Both the position numbers and the translations under genes were made by a program. A stretch of 64,000 nucleotides of DNA. Origin: Bacteroidales bacterium. GTDB taxonomy: Bacteria; Bacteroidota; Bacteroidia; Bacteroidales; SZUA-534. Shown piece by piece: positions 1-8,250 of this stretch (the first letter of the stretch is position 1; every line of letters begins with the position of its first letter). The stretch is taken from NCBI GenBank assembly GCA_046704385.1, contig JBJKSB010000079.1:51427-115426 (forward strand), in the 5' to 3' direction. The notes below the pieces were generated by a model. It saw only the letters and a program-made list of their open reading frames with translations, did not search any database and was not told the DNA's origin.

Positions 1-62
1 AAGAGAGTAATTAAGAGTCACAGATTGACTATTTTAATTTTAATTGGTTTTAAAATATACGG

Positions 63-83
63 AAAAATAAGGCTGAAAGCCTT
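63..83 (-). terminator. Candidate intrinsic terminator for the minus-strand porin transcript
   Basis: The hairpin aaggctgaaagcctt (69-83) is followed on the minus strand by a U-run (plus-strand aaaaat, 63-68). Confidence 0.5.
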
Positions 84-95
84 TAATTCGAATAA

Positions 96-120
96 CCAGG
101 GGTTTCAACCCCTGGTTTCT
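96..120 (+). terminator. Candidate intrinsic terminator for a plus-strand gene lying left of the window
   Basis: There is a perfect 7-bp G+C-rich stem, ccagggg/cccctgg (96-115, loop tttcaa), followed by tttct. It sits back-to-back with the 63-83 hairpin. Confidence 0.45.
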
Positions 121-266
121 GTCACCGAACATTAAGCGGTGCAAGCAGTGGGTAAATTCGGAGGATTAAACTTTCATGCACGGCCATGTAGAGGCGTATA
201 ATGCTGGCAATTAACCGATTAAAACCCTAAGCTGACAACCAGCCCCGAACTTGATTTTCGTGGCAA

Positions 267-293
267 TTCCTTCGAAGGGGGTTTGGGGGATGA
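267..293. repeat. Copy A of the short G+C-rich hairpin repeat (CCYY..RRGG hairpin + TTTRGGGG tail)
   Basis: The sequence ttccttcgaagggggtttgggggatga contains the 10-bp palindrome ccttcgaagg. It resembles the copies at 1693-1733, 23895-23921 and 24001-24028. Confidence 0.5.
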
Positions 294-360
294 ATCGTTT
301 CAAAATTGCTTTCTGCCAAATTTGATCAAAGTTTAAGAATCTGAAAATTTATGGCACCCA

Positions 361-1641
361 TCACCTAAAAATTTTAAATTCAGGTTTTACAACCACCTTC
401 AAATAAGCAAACTGCGGAAATTTTAATTCCGCACCATTCACTTTTTTAATTTGCTCCAGCGTATTAGTAGTCAAATAAAACGAATATCCGGCCTGTAGGT
501 TTACTTCGTTGCTGATTTTCCATTTTGCGGTCAGGTCCACCTCGTGACCCAGACCTTTATCCGATTTCACAGCCTGGTTTTGTGTATCGAAACGGTCGGC
601 AGCCAGCCTGAAATAATGATAATCGGCCTGCAGTACCAATTTGGGTAAACCACTGTATTCAAACTTTGCATAATAATCCACCAATCCTTGTGCAGGTGTA
701 CTGTTAAAATAATCCATATAACCATACCAACCATGCCGCTTCCCCCATAATATGTCAAACTGGTGATTTTTACTCAGGTAACTCGCATCGGTATTTGTCG
801 CATCCTGTCCTGATAAATAATCAACACCCAGGCCAATTGCACTATGCATACTGAGAAGTTTTCCCTGTCCAAAAAACGAAAAACACCAGGCAGTGATATC
901 GGAAGCCTCATTATTCAGGATATTCTGATAATAGCCAGTAGTTCTTGCATTCCAGGAACCCTTTTTATATTCAAGGTTTAAACCATAGGTTCCTTTCAGA
1001 AAAACAGATTCGGCCGTATCACTCAATGTTTTTCCGGTTACCAAAATTATAGCTGACAATTTTAATTTATAGATTTCTCGCTGAAGGTGAACAAAATCAA
1101 AAACCCTGTACAACTCATCAGGATAGAGTTTATTCGAAGAGCCGTCCCTGTTCCACGTGAGACCAATATCCATCCTGGTTAAGGAATCGTGAACTTGAAG
1201 CAAAACAGCATCATAGGAAACCTGATAATCGTTCCAATCGCGTGATGCTAAAACACGCTGGTCATCGTACTGAAAAAGCTGGCGCCCGGTTTTAACCCGG
1301 AAATTTTTGTTCAGTTTTAGTAAAAACCAGGCCTGGTGTAAACTTACACTTTCAGAATTCCCCTGTGTACCACTTGATTTGTACATATTATCGCCTCCCC
1401 AATACCGCACATCCTGTAATGAAAAATAAGTTTCCAGCTTTTCATTCCGGTATAATGCATTAATACGGGAACGCTGTGTAAAATAAGTTGGAGTTTTTAT
1501 ATCTTTTAATTTGGGTGTTGAGTAACCCATATCGATTATCATCCGGGGACGATAATCCAGGCCTAGACTCAGCTCCTGTTGCTGGGTATATGCACTACCC
1601 ATACTGAAAATTATCAGTATAAAAATTATAGTTTTTTTCAT
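361..1641 (-). CDS. Outer-membrane beta-barrel porin of the alginate-export (AlgE-like) family; an anion/phosphate porin is inferred from context
   Basis: Signal peptide MKKTIIFILIIFSMGSAYTQ. The GRQLFQYDDQRVLASRDWNDYQVSYD block is typical of alginate_exp-type barrels. It lies directly downstream of pstB. I chose the start at the internal ATG (1641), because the upstream ORF extension translates a G+C-rich hairpin repeat. Confidence 0.6.
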   Translation of the reverse strand: MKKTIIFILIIFSMGSAYTQQQELSLGLDYRPRMIIDMGYSTPKLKDIKTPTYFTQRSRINALYRNEKLETYFSLQDVRYWGGDNMYKSSGTQGNSESVSLHQAWFLLKLNKNFRVKTGRQLFQYDDQRVLASRDWNDYQVSYDAVLLQVHDSLTRMDIGLTWNRDGSSNKLYPDELYRVFDFVHLQREIYKLKLSAIILVTGKTLSDTAESVFLKGTYGLNLEYKKGSWNARTTGYYQNILNNEASDITAWCFSFFGQGKLLSMHSAIGLGVDYLSGQDATNTDASYLSKNHQFDILWGKRHGWYGYMDYFNSTPAQGLVDYYAKFEYSGLPKLVLQADYHYFRLAADRFDTQNQAVKSDKGLGHEVDLTAKWKISNEVNLQAGYSFYLTTNTLEQIKKVNGAELKFPQFAYLKVVVKPEFKIFR

Positions 1642-1692
1642 GATGAAAATTGATGTTTGATGTTGGTAATTTTTATCAGGATTAAGTTGTGA

Positions 1693-1733
1693 TTTCCTCC
1701 CCAGCCCTTCGGGCAACCCCTCCAAAGGGGTAC
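1693..1733. repeat. Copy B of the G+C-rich hairpin repeat, in the pstB-porin spacer
   Basis: The sequence tttcctccccagcccttcgggcaacccctccaaaggggtac contains two hairpins, gccc-ttc-gggc and cccct-ccaa-agggg. Its reverse complement resembles copies A and D. Confidence 0.5.
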
Positions 1734-1777
1734 TTGTAACATATTTAAATTAAACAATATAAATGGAGTGTGTGGAC

Positions 1778-2536
1778 TTAATTAAAACTCCCATTCAGAA
1801 AATTCTTTGTGATTTCATTTTTAGGATGATTAAAAAACTCATCTGATGGACCTTGTTCAATAATTTCACCTAAATACATAAAAATCACATAATCGGCCAT
1901 ACGTTTGGCCTGGCGAAGGGTATGCGTCACCCAAACCACGGTGAAACTGTCTTTAAGTTCCATAAACTTTTTCTCAATTACCTGGCTCGAAATAGGATCG
2001 AGTGCTGAAGTTGGTTCATCGGCCAGAATAAGCTCAGGATCGACAGCCAGGCCACGTGCCAGGCAAAGTCGCTGTTGCTGACCAATGGAAAGACTGGTTG
2101 CCGGGGCTTTAAGCCGGTCTTTTACCTCATCCCAAAGATTTACCAGTTTCAGGTAGTATTCCACCCTGAGTTTCATTTGTACTTTCTTACGACGCCCACT
2201 GATCTTCAATCCATAAGCCACGTTATCAAAAATACTCATGGGCAGAGGTGTCGGGCGTTGTGACATCAAACCCATTTTTTTTCGCAAATCGGTAACCTCA
2301 GTCCCGTTATTATAAATTCCATGGCCGTTGAGAAGAATATTGCCCGAGATTCTTGTGTCCGGGATCAGATCGGTCAACCGGTTCATACTTTTTAGCAGGG
2401 TAGTTTTTCCACAGCCCGATGAACCGAGGATAACCGTGATTTTTCGGTTGGGAATTTTACAATTAATATCCTTTAAGATATGTTGTTTACCAATCCTCAG
2501 ATTCAAATCCTTTATTTCAATTTTTGATGTTTCCAT
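1778..2536 (-). CDS. pstB: Phosphate ABC transporter ATP-binding protein PstB
   Basis: Walker A GSSGCGKTT, ABC signature LSIGQQQRLCLAR, Walker B LILADEPTSALD. It follows pstA by 4 nt. The start is taken at METSKIEIKDL (2536). Confidence 0.9.
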   Translation of the reverse strand: METSKIEIKDLNLRIGKQHILKDINCKIPNRKITVILGSSGCGKTTLLKSMNRLTDLIPDTRISGNILLNGHGIYNNGTEVTDLRKKMGLMSQRPTPLPMSIFDNVAYGLKISGRRKKVQMKLRVEYYLKLVNLWDEVKDRLKAPATSLSIGQQQRLCLARGLAVDPELILADEPTSALDPISSQVIEKKFMELKDSFTVVWVTHTLRQAKRMADYVIFMYLGEIIEQGPSDEFFNHPKNEITKNFLNGSFN

Positions 2537-2540
2537 GATG

Positions 2541-3410
2541 TTAAAAATTAATACTTCTGTTTTTATATTTCCGTAAGGTCGTTCTGCTAACCACACTGAT
2601 TAATAAAATAATAATTGTTAAGATTGCTGCTGCCGCATAAGCCCGGTTCTGTACTTCGGGTATGGGTGACGACAGCTGGAAGAAAATTGCCAAAGGTAAT
2701 GTAGCCGCCGGTTGAGTGACAGAGGTAGGAATGTTGTCAGTAAAACCTGCTGTAAATAAAACGGCGGCCACATCTCCAAATGCCCGTCCAAAGGATAACA
2801 GAACAGCTGTTACAATACCCGGTATGCATTGTTTTAGAAATATACGATACGACAATTCATATCGGGTTGAACCCAGAGACAGACCTGCCTCGAATAGCGA
2901 ATGAGGAACCGTTTTCAATACTTCGTCCATTCCACGTATCATGATGGGCATAATAAACAGGGCGACAGTAATAATTCCGGCCAGTAGTGAAGCTTTTATC
3001 CCCAAATAAATCATGATGCCAAATGCAAATGCCCCGTAAACCACGGAGGGTATTCCCCAAAGTACATCAATAAAAAGCCGGAAAAGATCCTGCAGTTTTT
3101 TATTTTTTTGCAGATGTATGTTCAGGAATAGGGCCGAAGGTAAACTAACGATAAACGCCAGTGTAGTCGATCCTGCCCCAAGGTACAATGAACCGACAAT
3201 GGCGTTTAAAATACCTCCTTCACCCCCAAAATAATAACCCCCGCGGGGTGTCTGCGAAACTATCTCCCAGGTCAACGACGGAAATCCCTTTTTCAGAATA
3301 GTAAATACCAGGAGTGCCATGGCAAAAACAATTATCGCAATGCAAATACGCATTATGGTTTTAAATAACCGCTCCTCGGCCTTCCGCCCTATTAAACGCA
3401 GATTGAACAT
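2541..3410 (-). CDS. pstA: Phosphate ABC transporter permease PstA
   Basis: Multi-TM permease with the EAA-type loop EAGLSLGSTRYELSYRIFL. It sits between pstC and pstB. Confidence 0.85.
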   Translation of the reverse strand: MFNLRLIGRKAEERLFKTIMRICIAIIVFAMALLVFTILKKGFPSLTWEIVSQTPRGGYYFGGEGGILNAIVGSLYLGAGSTTLAFIVSLPSALFLNIHLQKNKKLQDLFRLFIDVLWGIPSVVYGAFAFGIMIYLGIKASLLAGIITVALFIMPIMIRGMDEVLKTVPHSLFEAGLSLGSTRYELSYRIFLKQCIPGIVTAVLLSFGRAFGDVAAVLFTAGFTDNIPTSVTQPAATLPLAIFFQLSSPIPEVQNRAYAAAAILTIIILLISVVSRTTLRKYKNRSINF

Positions 3411-3415
3411 AAGCT

Positions 3416-4312
3416 TTAATTTTCGATCCGATGAATCGTAATCCGTGCAAACAAATTGAAAATGAATATGGTGACAAACAAAATGAGAGCGGCAAACATG
3501 AGGGCTGAGTCGTACAAAGGTATCGACATCATTTCGCCATAATTATTGGCAATTAAGGCAGGCAGCGGATAAGAAGCCGAAAACAGGCCGCTGGGAATTT
3601 TGATGACATTTCCGGCAACCATTAACACCGCAATGGTTTCACCAAAAGCCCGTGCAATACCTAAACCGAAAGCCGAAATTATCCCTGGTTTGGCCTTTCG
3701 AACCACAATATGTTTGATTACCTGCCATCGTGTGGCCCCCATGGATAATCCGGCTTCGGTTAGTGCAAATGGAACGGTGTTGAAAATCTCGATCAAAATA
3801 TTCAAAATAAAAGGTATAATCATTAAAGCCAGCACAATGGCTCCGGTTATCAGGGTATAACCCGTAGTTTGCACCCCGAATAAAGGAGCCAACCTCTTTG
3901 CAATAAAGGGTACCACAATTAAAATACCCCAAACTCCGTAAACTACGGATGGTATTCCGGCAAGAATATCGGTTACCGGAAACATAAACCGGGCAAACCA
4001 TGGTCGGGCATACTGGGTTAAAAAAATGGCCACGAAAAAACACACCGGAGCCGCCATTATTACTGCCAGAATGGTAATTTCAACAGAACTTAATATAAAA
4101 GGTAAAAAACCAAATTTACCCTTTAAAGGCTCCCAAGCTGACGAAAACAATAATTCCCATAAATGATTGTCGCCTTTTAATAACAAGGATGATTTGGCAT
4201 ACAGACTTACAAAAACAATAACCGGGGTAATTATGACCAAAAAAATGGCATTACCCATTATAATGGTATTCAACCTGTCAATTACATTCCGGCGTTTCGT
4301 AAGTGTTGTCAT
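3416..4312 (-). CDS. pstC: Phosphate ABC transporter permease PstC
   Basis: Multi-TM permease with the EAA loop EAGLSMGATRWQVIKHIV. It is paralogous to the adjacent pstA. Confidence 0.85.
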   Translation of the reverse strand: MTTLTKRRNVIDRLNTIIMGNAIFLVIITPVIVFVSLYAKSSLLLKGDNHLWELLFSSAWEPLKGKFGFLPFILSSVEITILAVIMAAPVCFFVAIFLTQYARPWFARFMFPVTDILAGIPSVVYGVWGILIVVPFIAKRLAPLFGVQTTGYTLITGAIVLALMIIPFILNILIEIFNTVPFALTEAGLSMGATRWQVIKHIVVRKAKPGIISAFGLGIARAFGETIAVLMVAGNVIKIPSGLFSASYPLPALIANNYGEMMSIPLYDSALMFAALILFVTIFIFNLFARITIHRIEN

Positions 4313-4684
4313 AAATTTAGTGGAGGTGTTTGTTTTTATTCATTTTTTATACAATAAACTTCGCCTATTCTTCAATTCTAGTTTTCACTCTCCGTTTAGT
4401 CTCAAGCTAGAGCAGCTCTTGCGGGAGATTAATTCCTCTCTGTCTCTCGGATCTACCTGTCGACCTGTCCAAGTAGAGGAAATCCGCCAACAAAGAACAG
4501 AAGGGTAAGTATTATTTATTTAATCACCCTTTTGGCTGTAGCCATTTTATTCACATTTATAATCATTATTAATGTGTTCATGAACTTCGTTTCCCTCAGA
4601 GAGGGAAAAAAGCTTAATTACAAGGCCTTAATCATTTTTGAACATTCTTTATGAATTAAAAAAATCCAGCTTGAAAATTACGAT

Positions 4685-5698
4685 TCATTTGAATTCATTA
4701 TTAATTCTTTCCAGCTGGCCTCGAATCACCTCTTCAGGTAGATTCACATATCCAGACATTGAAACGTACTCCTGCCCCTGGTGTAGTACAAAATCTAAAA
4801 AAGCCTGAACCACCATATTTGTGGGTTTCCCTTTCGAAACCAAATAAAGATTACGTGCCGGAGGCGAAGGATATCTACCATTCTGAATGGCTTTTACCAC
4901 CTCACTTAGTGAGCCATAAAAATTTTCTTCCTCATCAATTATGCGATTCCCGTTTAAATCGATAGGTATAGCACAAATACCTGTATTGCATTGGTTTGTC
5001 TTCAAATTATACAGAAATACCAGGTTGTTGTACCCCACCCCCAATGGATCTTTTTGTACGGCATCGGCCATGCCAGGATCGCCAAACACTCCTGTTCCCT
5101 GTAAATTTTCCTGTTCTGAATTCAAAAAGACGGCCCAGGTTGCAGCTGCTCCGCAAGCATCTGAGCGGGTATAAATATTTATATGTGTGTTCGAATTAAT
5201 ATTTAAAAATTCGTTCCAATCCGTCTTGCCCAGAATAAAAACCTCGGTAAACTGTTCCTGCGTAAGACCCCTGGCCATTATGGTTTTATACTCAGGGTTG
5301 GATGTGTTTAGCGTGGGAAAAACAGCATCCTGTGCCACGGCAATTTCCAGGGCTCCTTTTTCAGTTTCCATTGGATTAACTTCCCGCGAAAACATAGCTA
5401 AATCCACCATCCCGGAAAGGACATCAGTCATTCCTTTGCCTGCCCCACCGGCACTTACATCAATCTGAACCTTGGGATGTAGTTTTTTAAATTCCTCAGC
5501 CCATTTCACCGTTAAAGGATAAAGGGCAAAAGCACCCGAAATACTGATGGTACCCCGGATGCTATCTGCCCCTGTTTGGTTTGGTTTGTTGACATGTGAA
5601 CAGGAAGTAAATGGAAAATAAAGGTTAAGGCCTTCCATAAAAACAAGTAGCACCAATAACCCGAAAATAATGAGTATGAGTTTAATCTTTGGTTTCAT
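4685..5698 (-). CDS. pstS: Phosphate-binding protein PstS (periplasmic substrate-binding component)
   Basis: N-terminal signal/anchor, the ISGAFALYPL and SAGGAGKGM blocks typical of PstS-family PBPs, and a position upstream of pstCAB. Confidence 0.8.
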   Translation of the reverse strand: MKPKIKLILIIFGLLVLLVFMEGLNLYFPFTSCSHVNKPNQTGADSIRGTISISGAFALYPLTVKWAEEFKKLHPKVQIDVSAGGAGKGMTDVLSGMVDLAMFSREVNPMETEKGALEIAVAQDAVFPTLNTSNPEYKTIMARGLTQEQFTEVFILGKTDWNEFLNINSNTHINIYTRSDACGAAATWAVFLNSEQENLQGTGVFGDPGMADAVQKDPLGVGYNNLVFLYNLKTNQCNTGICAIPIDLNGNRIIDEEENFYGSLSEVVKAIQNGRYPSPPARNLYLVSKGKPTNMVVQAFLDFVLHQGQEYVSMSGYVNLPEEVIRGQLERINNEFK

Positions 5699-5724
5699 AA
5701 TAGTATGATTTTAAGTGAGTCATA

Positions 5725-5732
5725 CAAAAGTA
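5725..5732 (-). promoter_or_regulatory. Candidate Bacteroidota sigma-A -7 element (TAnnTTTG) for pstS
   Basis: The minus strand reads TACTTTTG, ending 26 nt upstream of the pstS ATG (5698). Confidence 0.4.
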
Positions 5733-5852
5733 AGCCTCTACAAACACGGTGAGAACCGAAGAAAAACGTAAATTATAAGCTAGGTTTTAAAACGTAGGTA
5801 TGGAGATAAATGCTGAGTAAGGTAGTGTGTTTTATGGTTAATTTTACTATTT

Positions 5853-5921
5853 CCCGCAAAGGCGCTAAGACGCAAAGTAAAATTCTAAAAAATATCACTG
5901 TGCCCTAGCGACGTTGCGGTG
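5853..5921. repeat. Imperfect inverted repeat built from phased YTTnGCG units (family 2)
   Basis: The arms are cccgcaaaggcgctaagacgcaaag (5853-5877) and ccctagcgacgttgcggtg (5903-5921). In my hand alignment of 16-nt arm cores, 13 positions are complementary. It lies just downstream of the response-regulator stop. Confidence 0.5.
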
Positions 5922-5935
5922 AAAATTTTTCTCAG

Positions 5936-6574
5936 CTATATTTCCACAATATTATTTTTGATAGCGTACATTACCAGACCGGCGGTATTTTTCGACTGGG
6001 TTTTTAACAACAAATTTTCGCGGTGTTTGTCGATGGTGCGCTTGCTTAGAAATAGTTGATCAGCAATTTCCTGGTTCGACAACCCTTTACAGATATGATA
6101 CAACACCTCCACTTCTCGTTCGGTGAGATCGTTGCCAGGCTTTTGTCTTTTCTTATTCAGGTTTTTGATGATGGCTTCAAGAATTTCGGGTGAAAAATAA
6201 TTATTACCCTCATTTACCTCCTTAATAGCCCTTTTTACATCATCAAACGTTGAATTTTTAAGCAAAAAACCTTTAGCCCCGGCATCAATCATTTCATAGT
6301 AATAATTTTCATTGGCATACATCGAAAGGGCAATAATCTTAATATCAGGGTATTTAGCCAGTATTTTCCGGGTGGCCTCAATACCTCCCATTTGCGGCAT
6401 TTCAATATCCATTAAAATGATATCCGGGAAATTTTTGTCAATATCATCCAATAGAACCTGTCCATTTTCAGCCTCAAAAACTTTTTCAACTTCGGGCATT
6501 TTCAACAATAAAAAGGCCAGTCCTTCGCGGAAAAGGTTATGATCGTCAGCCAAATATATTTTTAGTTTGCTCAT
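5936..6574 (-). CDS. Response regulator, NarL/LuxR (FixJ) family
   Basis: Receiver motifs (YLADDH; DIILMDIEMPQMGG) plus a C-terminal LuxR HTH (LTEREVEVLYHICKGLSNQEIADQLFLSKRTIDKHRENL). There is a 4-nt overlap with the upstream kinase. Confidence 0.85.
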   Translation of the reverse strand: MSKLKIYLADDHNLFREGLAFLLLKMPEVEKVFEAENGQVLLDDIDKNFPDIILMDIEMPQMGGIEATRKILAKYPDIKIIALSMYANENYYYEMIDAGAKGFLLKNSTFDDVKRAIKEVNEGNNYFSPEILEAIIKNLNKKRQKPGNDLTEREVEVLYHICKGLSNQEIADQLFLSKRTIDKHRENLLLKTQSKNTAGLVMYAIKNNIVEI

Positions 6575-7506
6575 AAGCCAATGGAAGCTTTAAACAAAAA
6601 TCCTTCATCCGGTTCACTATGTATTTCGACCTCACCATTTAAGGATTGCAGGCGCGATTGTATATTGAACAGTCCCATTCCATTGGCCGCTTTTTCGTTC
6701 TTATCAAAACCAATACCATTATCCACGTAAATCAATTCAAGCCTGCCAGAATCCTCAAACAGGGAAATATCCACTGCAGTGGCCGAGGCGTATTTCAGCG
6801 TATTAGTGAGTAATTCGCAAACCACCCGATAAAGTATCACTTCAATATTGTAATCGAAACGCTTGTTTTTGATATTGGAACTGAAGGTTATTTTTATCAG
6901 ATCGGCACCCACAATATTGTCCTTAAACGATTTGATGGCCTTTTCAAGTCCGTAACTTTCGAGCAGATGCGGACTCAGTTTGTTGGAGATTTCTTTAACG
7001 CCAATGATAGCCTCGTTTACTGCTTTATCCACCTTATTCACAATTTCACGGTTCGAATCGATAAGCTCTGAAACATTAATAGCAGAGGTAGACATTTTAA
7101 TAGCCGACAGTATCGGACCCAAACCATCATGGATTTCCCGGGCAAACTCGCGCCGTTCTTTCTCTTCGGTACGAATTATAGCGGACAGCACTTTGGCCTC
7201 ATTTTCCTTTCGAAGTTCATCAATCCTTTTTTGCACGTCGAAAATGCGCCGGATGTATAGTGTTCCAATAAAAATAAAGGTCGAAATAATAATGGCAATC
7301 CAGCTGCTTAAAAGTGATTCGGTATAGCTGTTTTCATGCAACAGGCGGATGAGTTCAATCAGCCGGCGTACAGCCATTAATAAAAAGCCCGTTGAAATAA
7401 GCACCCACGAAATGTTGTATTTGGTTCTACGGATTAAACTAATCGCAACAAACGAAGCCCCAAACTGCAATACCACTGACAATATAAGCGCCAATTTTAT
7501 TAACAT
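6571..7506 (-). CDS. Membrane sensor histidine kinase, HisKA_3 type (NarX/DesK-like)
   Basis: Three N-terminal TM segments, a coiled coil, the H-box REFAREIHDGLGPILS, and a HATPase region (DNGIGF ... GMGLFNIQSR). Confidence 0.8.
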   Translation of the reverse strand: MLIKLALILSVVLQFGASFVAISLIRRTKYNISWVLISTGFLLMAVRRLIELIRLLHENSYTESLLSSWIAIIISTFIFIGTLYIRRIFDVQKRIDELRKENEAKVLSAIIRTEEKERREFAREIHDGLGPILSAIKMSTSAINVSELIDSNREIVNKVDKAVNEAIIGVKEISNKLSPHLLESYGLEKAIKSFKDNIVGADLIKITFSSNIKNKRFDYNIEVILYRVVCELLTNTLKYASATAVDISLFEDSGRLELIYVDNGIGFDKNEKAANGMGLFNIQSRLQSLNGEVEIHSEPDEGFLFKASIGL

Positions 7507-7717
7507 AACACAAATTTACGCTTTTGTGAATGATGTATATACGTTTTTCGGCGTATTATTGAACCTTGTATTTTACTACATTTTCGAACCTGGAGATATT
7601 TAAAATTTCATAGATTAATCCATATGAAAGATTGTGTACCTCATTACTTTGCAGGCACTTCTCAACGGGAGAAATGCCTGCAATGAATAATTTAAATACT
7701 TAACTGTAAATCTTTGA

Positions 7718-8176
7718 CTATATTGGAATTGCAACCACTCGCGAATAATGGTATTCAATAATGGCATCTTTATTATCGAGGGTATAATGATATTTCAGGG
7801 TTAAAGAATCAGTGGAATTCATTTCAATGGAATAAATCATTGTTTCATTCTCAAAAATTCCGGGCGTAAGCTGAATACTGTCTTTATCCACAACACTCCA
7901 GTCCCCTTCACCAATAGGTTTCAAGTCTGAATCTGAGTTGCCATAGGTATTGTCATTTTTAAACTCCAGTATTGTATTAACATACTTTTGCTCGTCAGAA
8001 ACATTTACCAAATCATTTAATATCCACTCACCCATTAATTCCTGAGTAATTTCTTTTACTTCGTTTAAATCCTGATTTTTTTGATCCGGTTCCGGAATTG
8101 GATCTTCCTGGTTGGTACAATTTACACATAACATACCCAGGGCCATAATGGCCACATAAAATTTTAAGTTTTTCAT
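7718..8176 (-). CDS. Small lipoprotein, lipocalin-like (hypothetical)
   Basis: Lipoprotein signal MKNLKFYVAIMALGMLCVNC. At 152 aa it is beta-rich, and it is co-directional with the upstream TBDR/DUF4249 genes. Confidence 0.45.
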   Translation of the reverse strand: MKNLKFYVAIMALGMLCVNCTNQEDPIPEPDQKNQDLNEVKEITQELMGEWILNDLVNVSDEQKYVNTILEFKNDNTYGNSDSDLKPIGEGDWSVVDKDSIQLTPGIFENETMIYSIEMNSTDSLTLKYHYTLDNKDAIIEYHYSRVVAIPI

Positions 8177-8250
8177 ACTAATTTAATTTTGGTTAATTTA
8201 TTGAGTTTTTCTTAAACTCTGTCTATTTTATTTTGATCAAAATTTCATGT

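Noticed and set aside
100-330. The idea that the G+C-rich tract is a known riboswitch or housekeeping RNA (cobalamin, FMN, SAM-I, TPP, ydaO, glycine, guanidine-I, tmRNA, RNase P, SRP RNA).
   Set aside because: There are only fragmentary resemblances, for example ttcggggctgg versus the FMN 5' strand, cccactg versus the B12 box, and cagcttaggg versus ydaO/ykkC fragments. The other obligatory conserved blocks of each class are absent on both strands. I kept it only as an unclassified candidate.
1642-1725. N-terminal extensions in the ORF track: porin 1642-1725, pstB 2537-2596, tolC-like 16533-16634, fucR-like 29907-29972, GNAT fusion 21601-21621.
   Set aside because: In each case an internal ATG gives a canonical N-terminus (a signal peptide, or alignment with the family start), while the extension overlaps the upstream gene or a repeat element. 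The fucR-like case remains the least certain.
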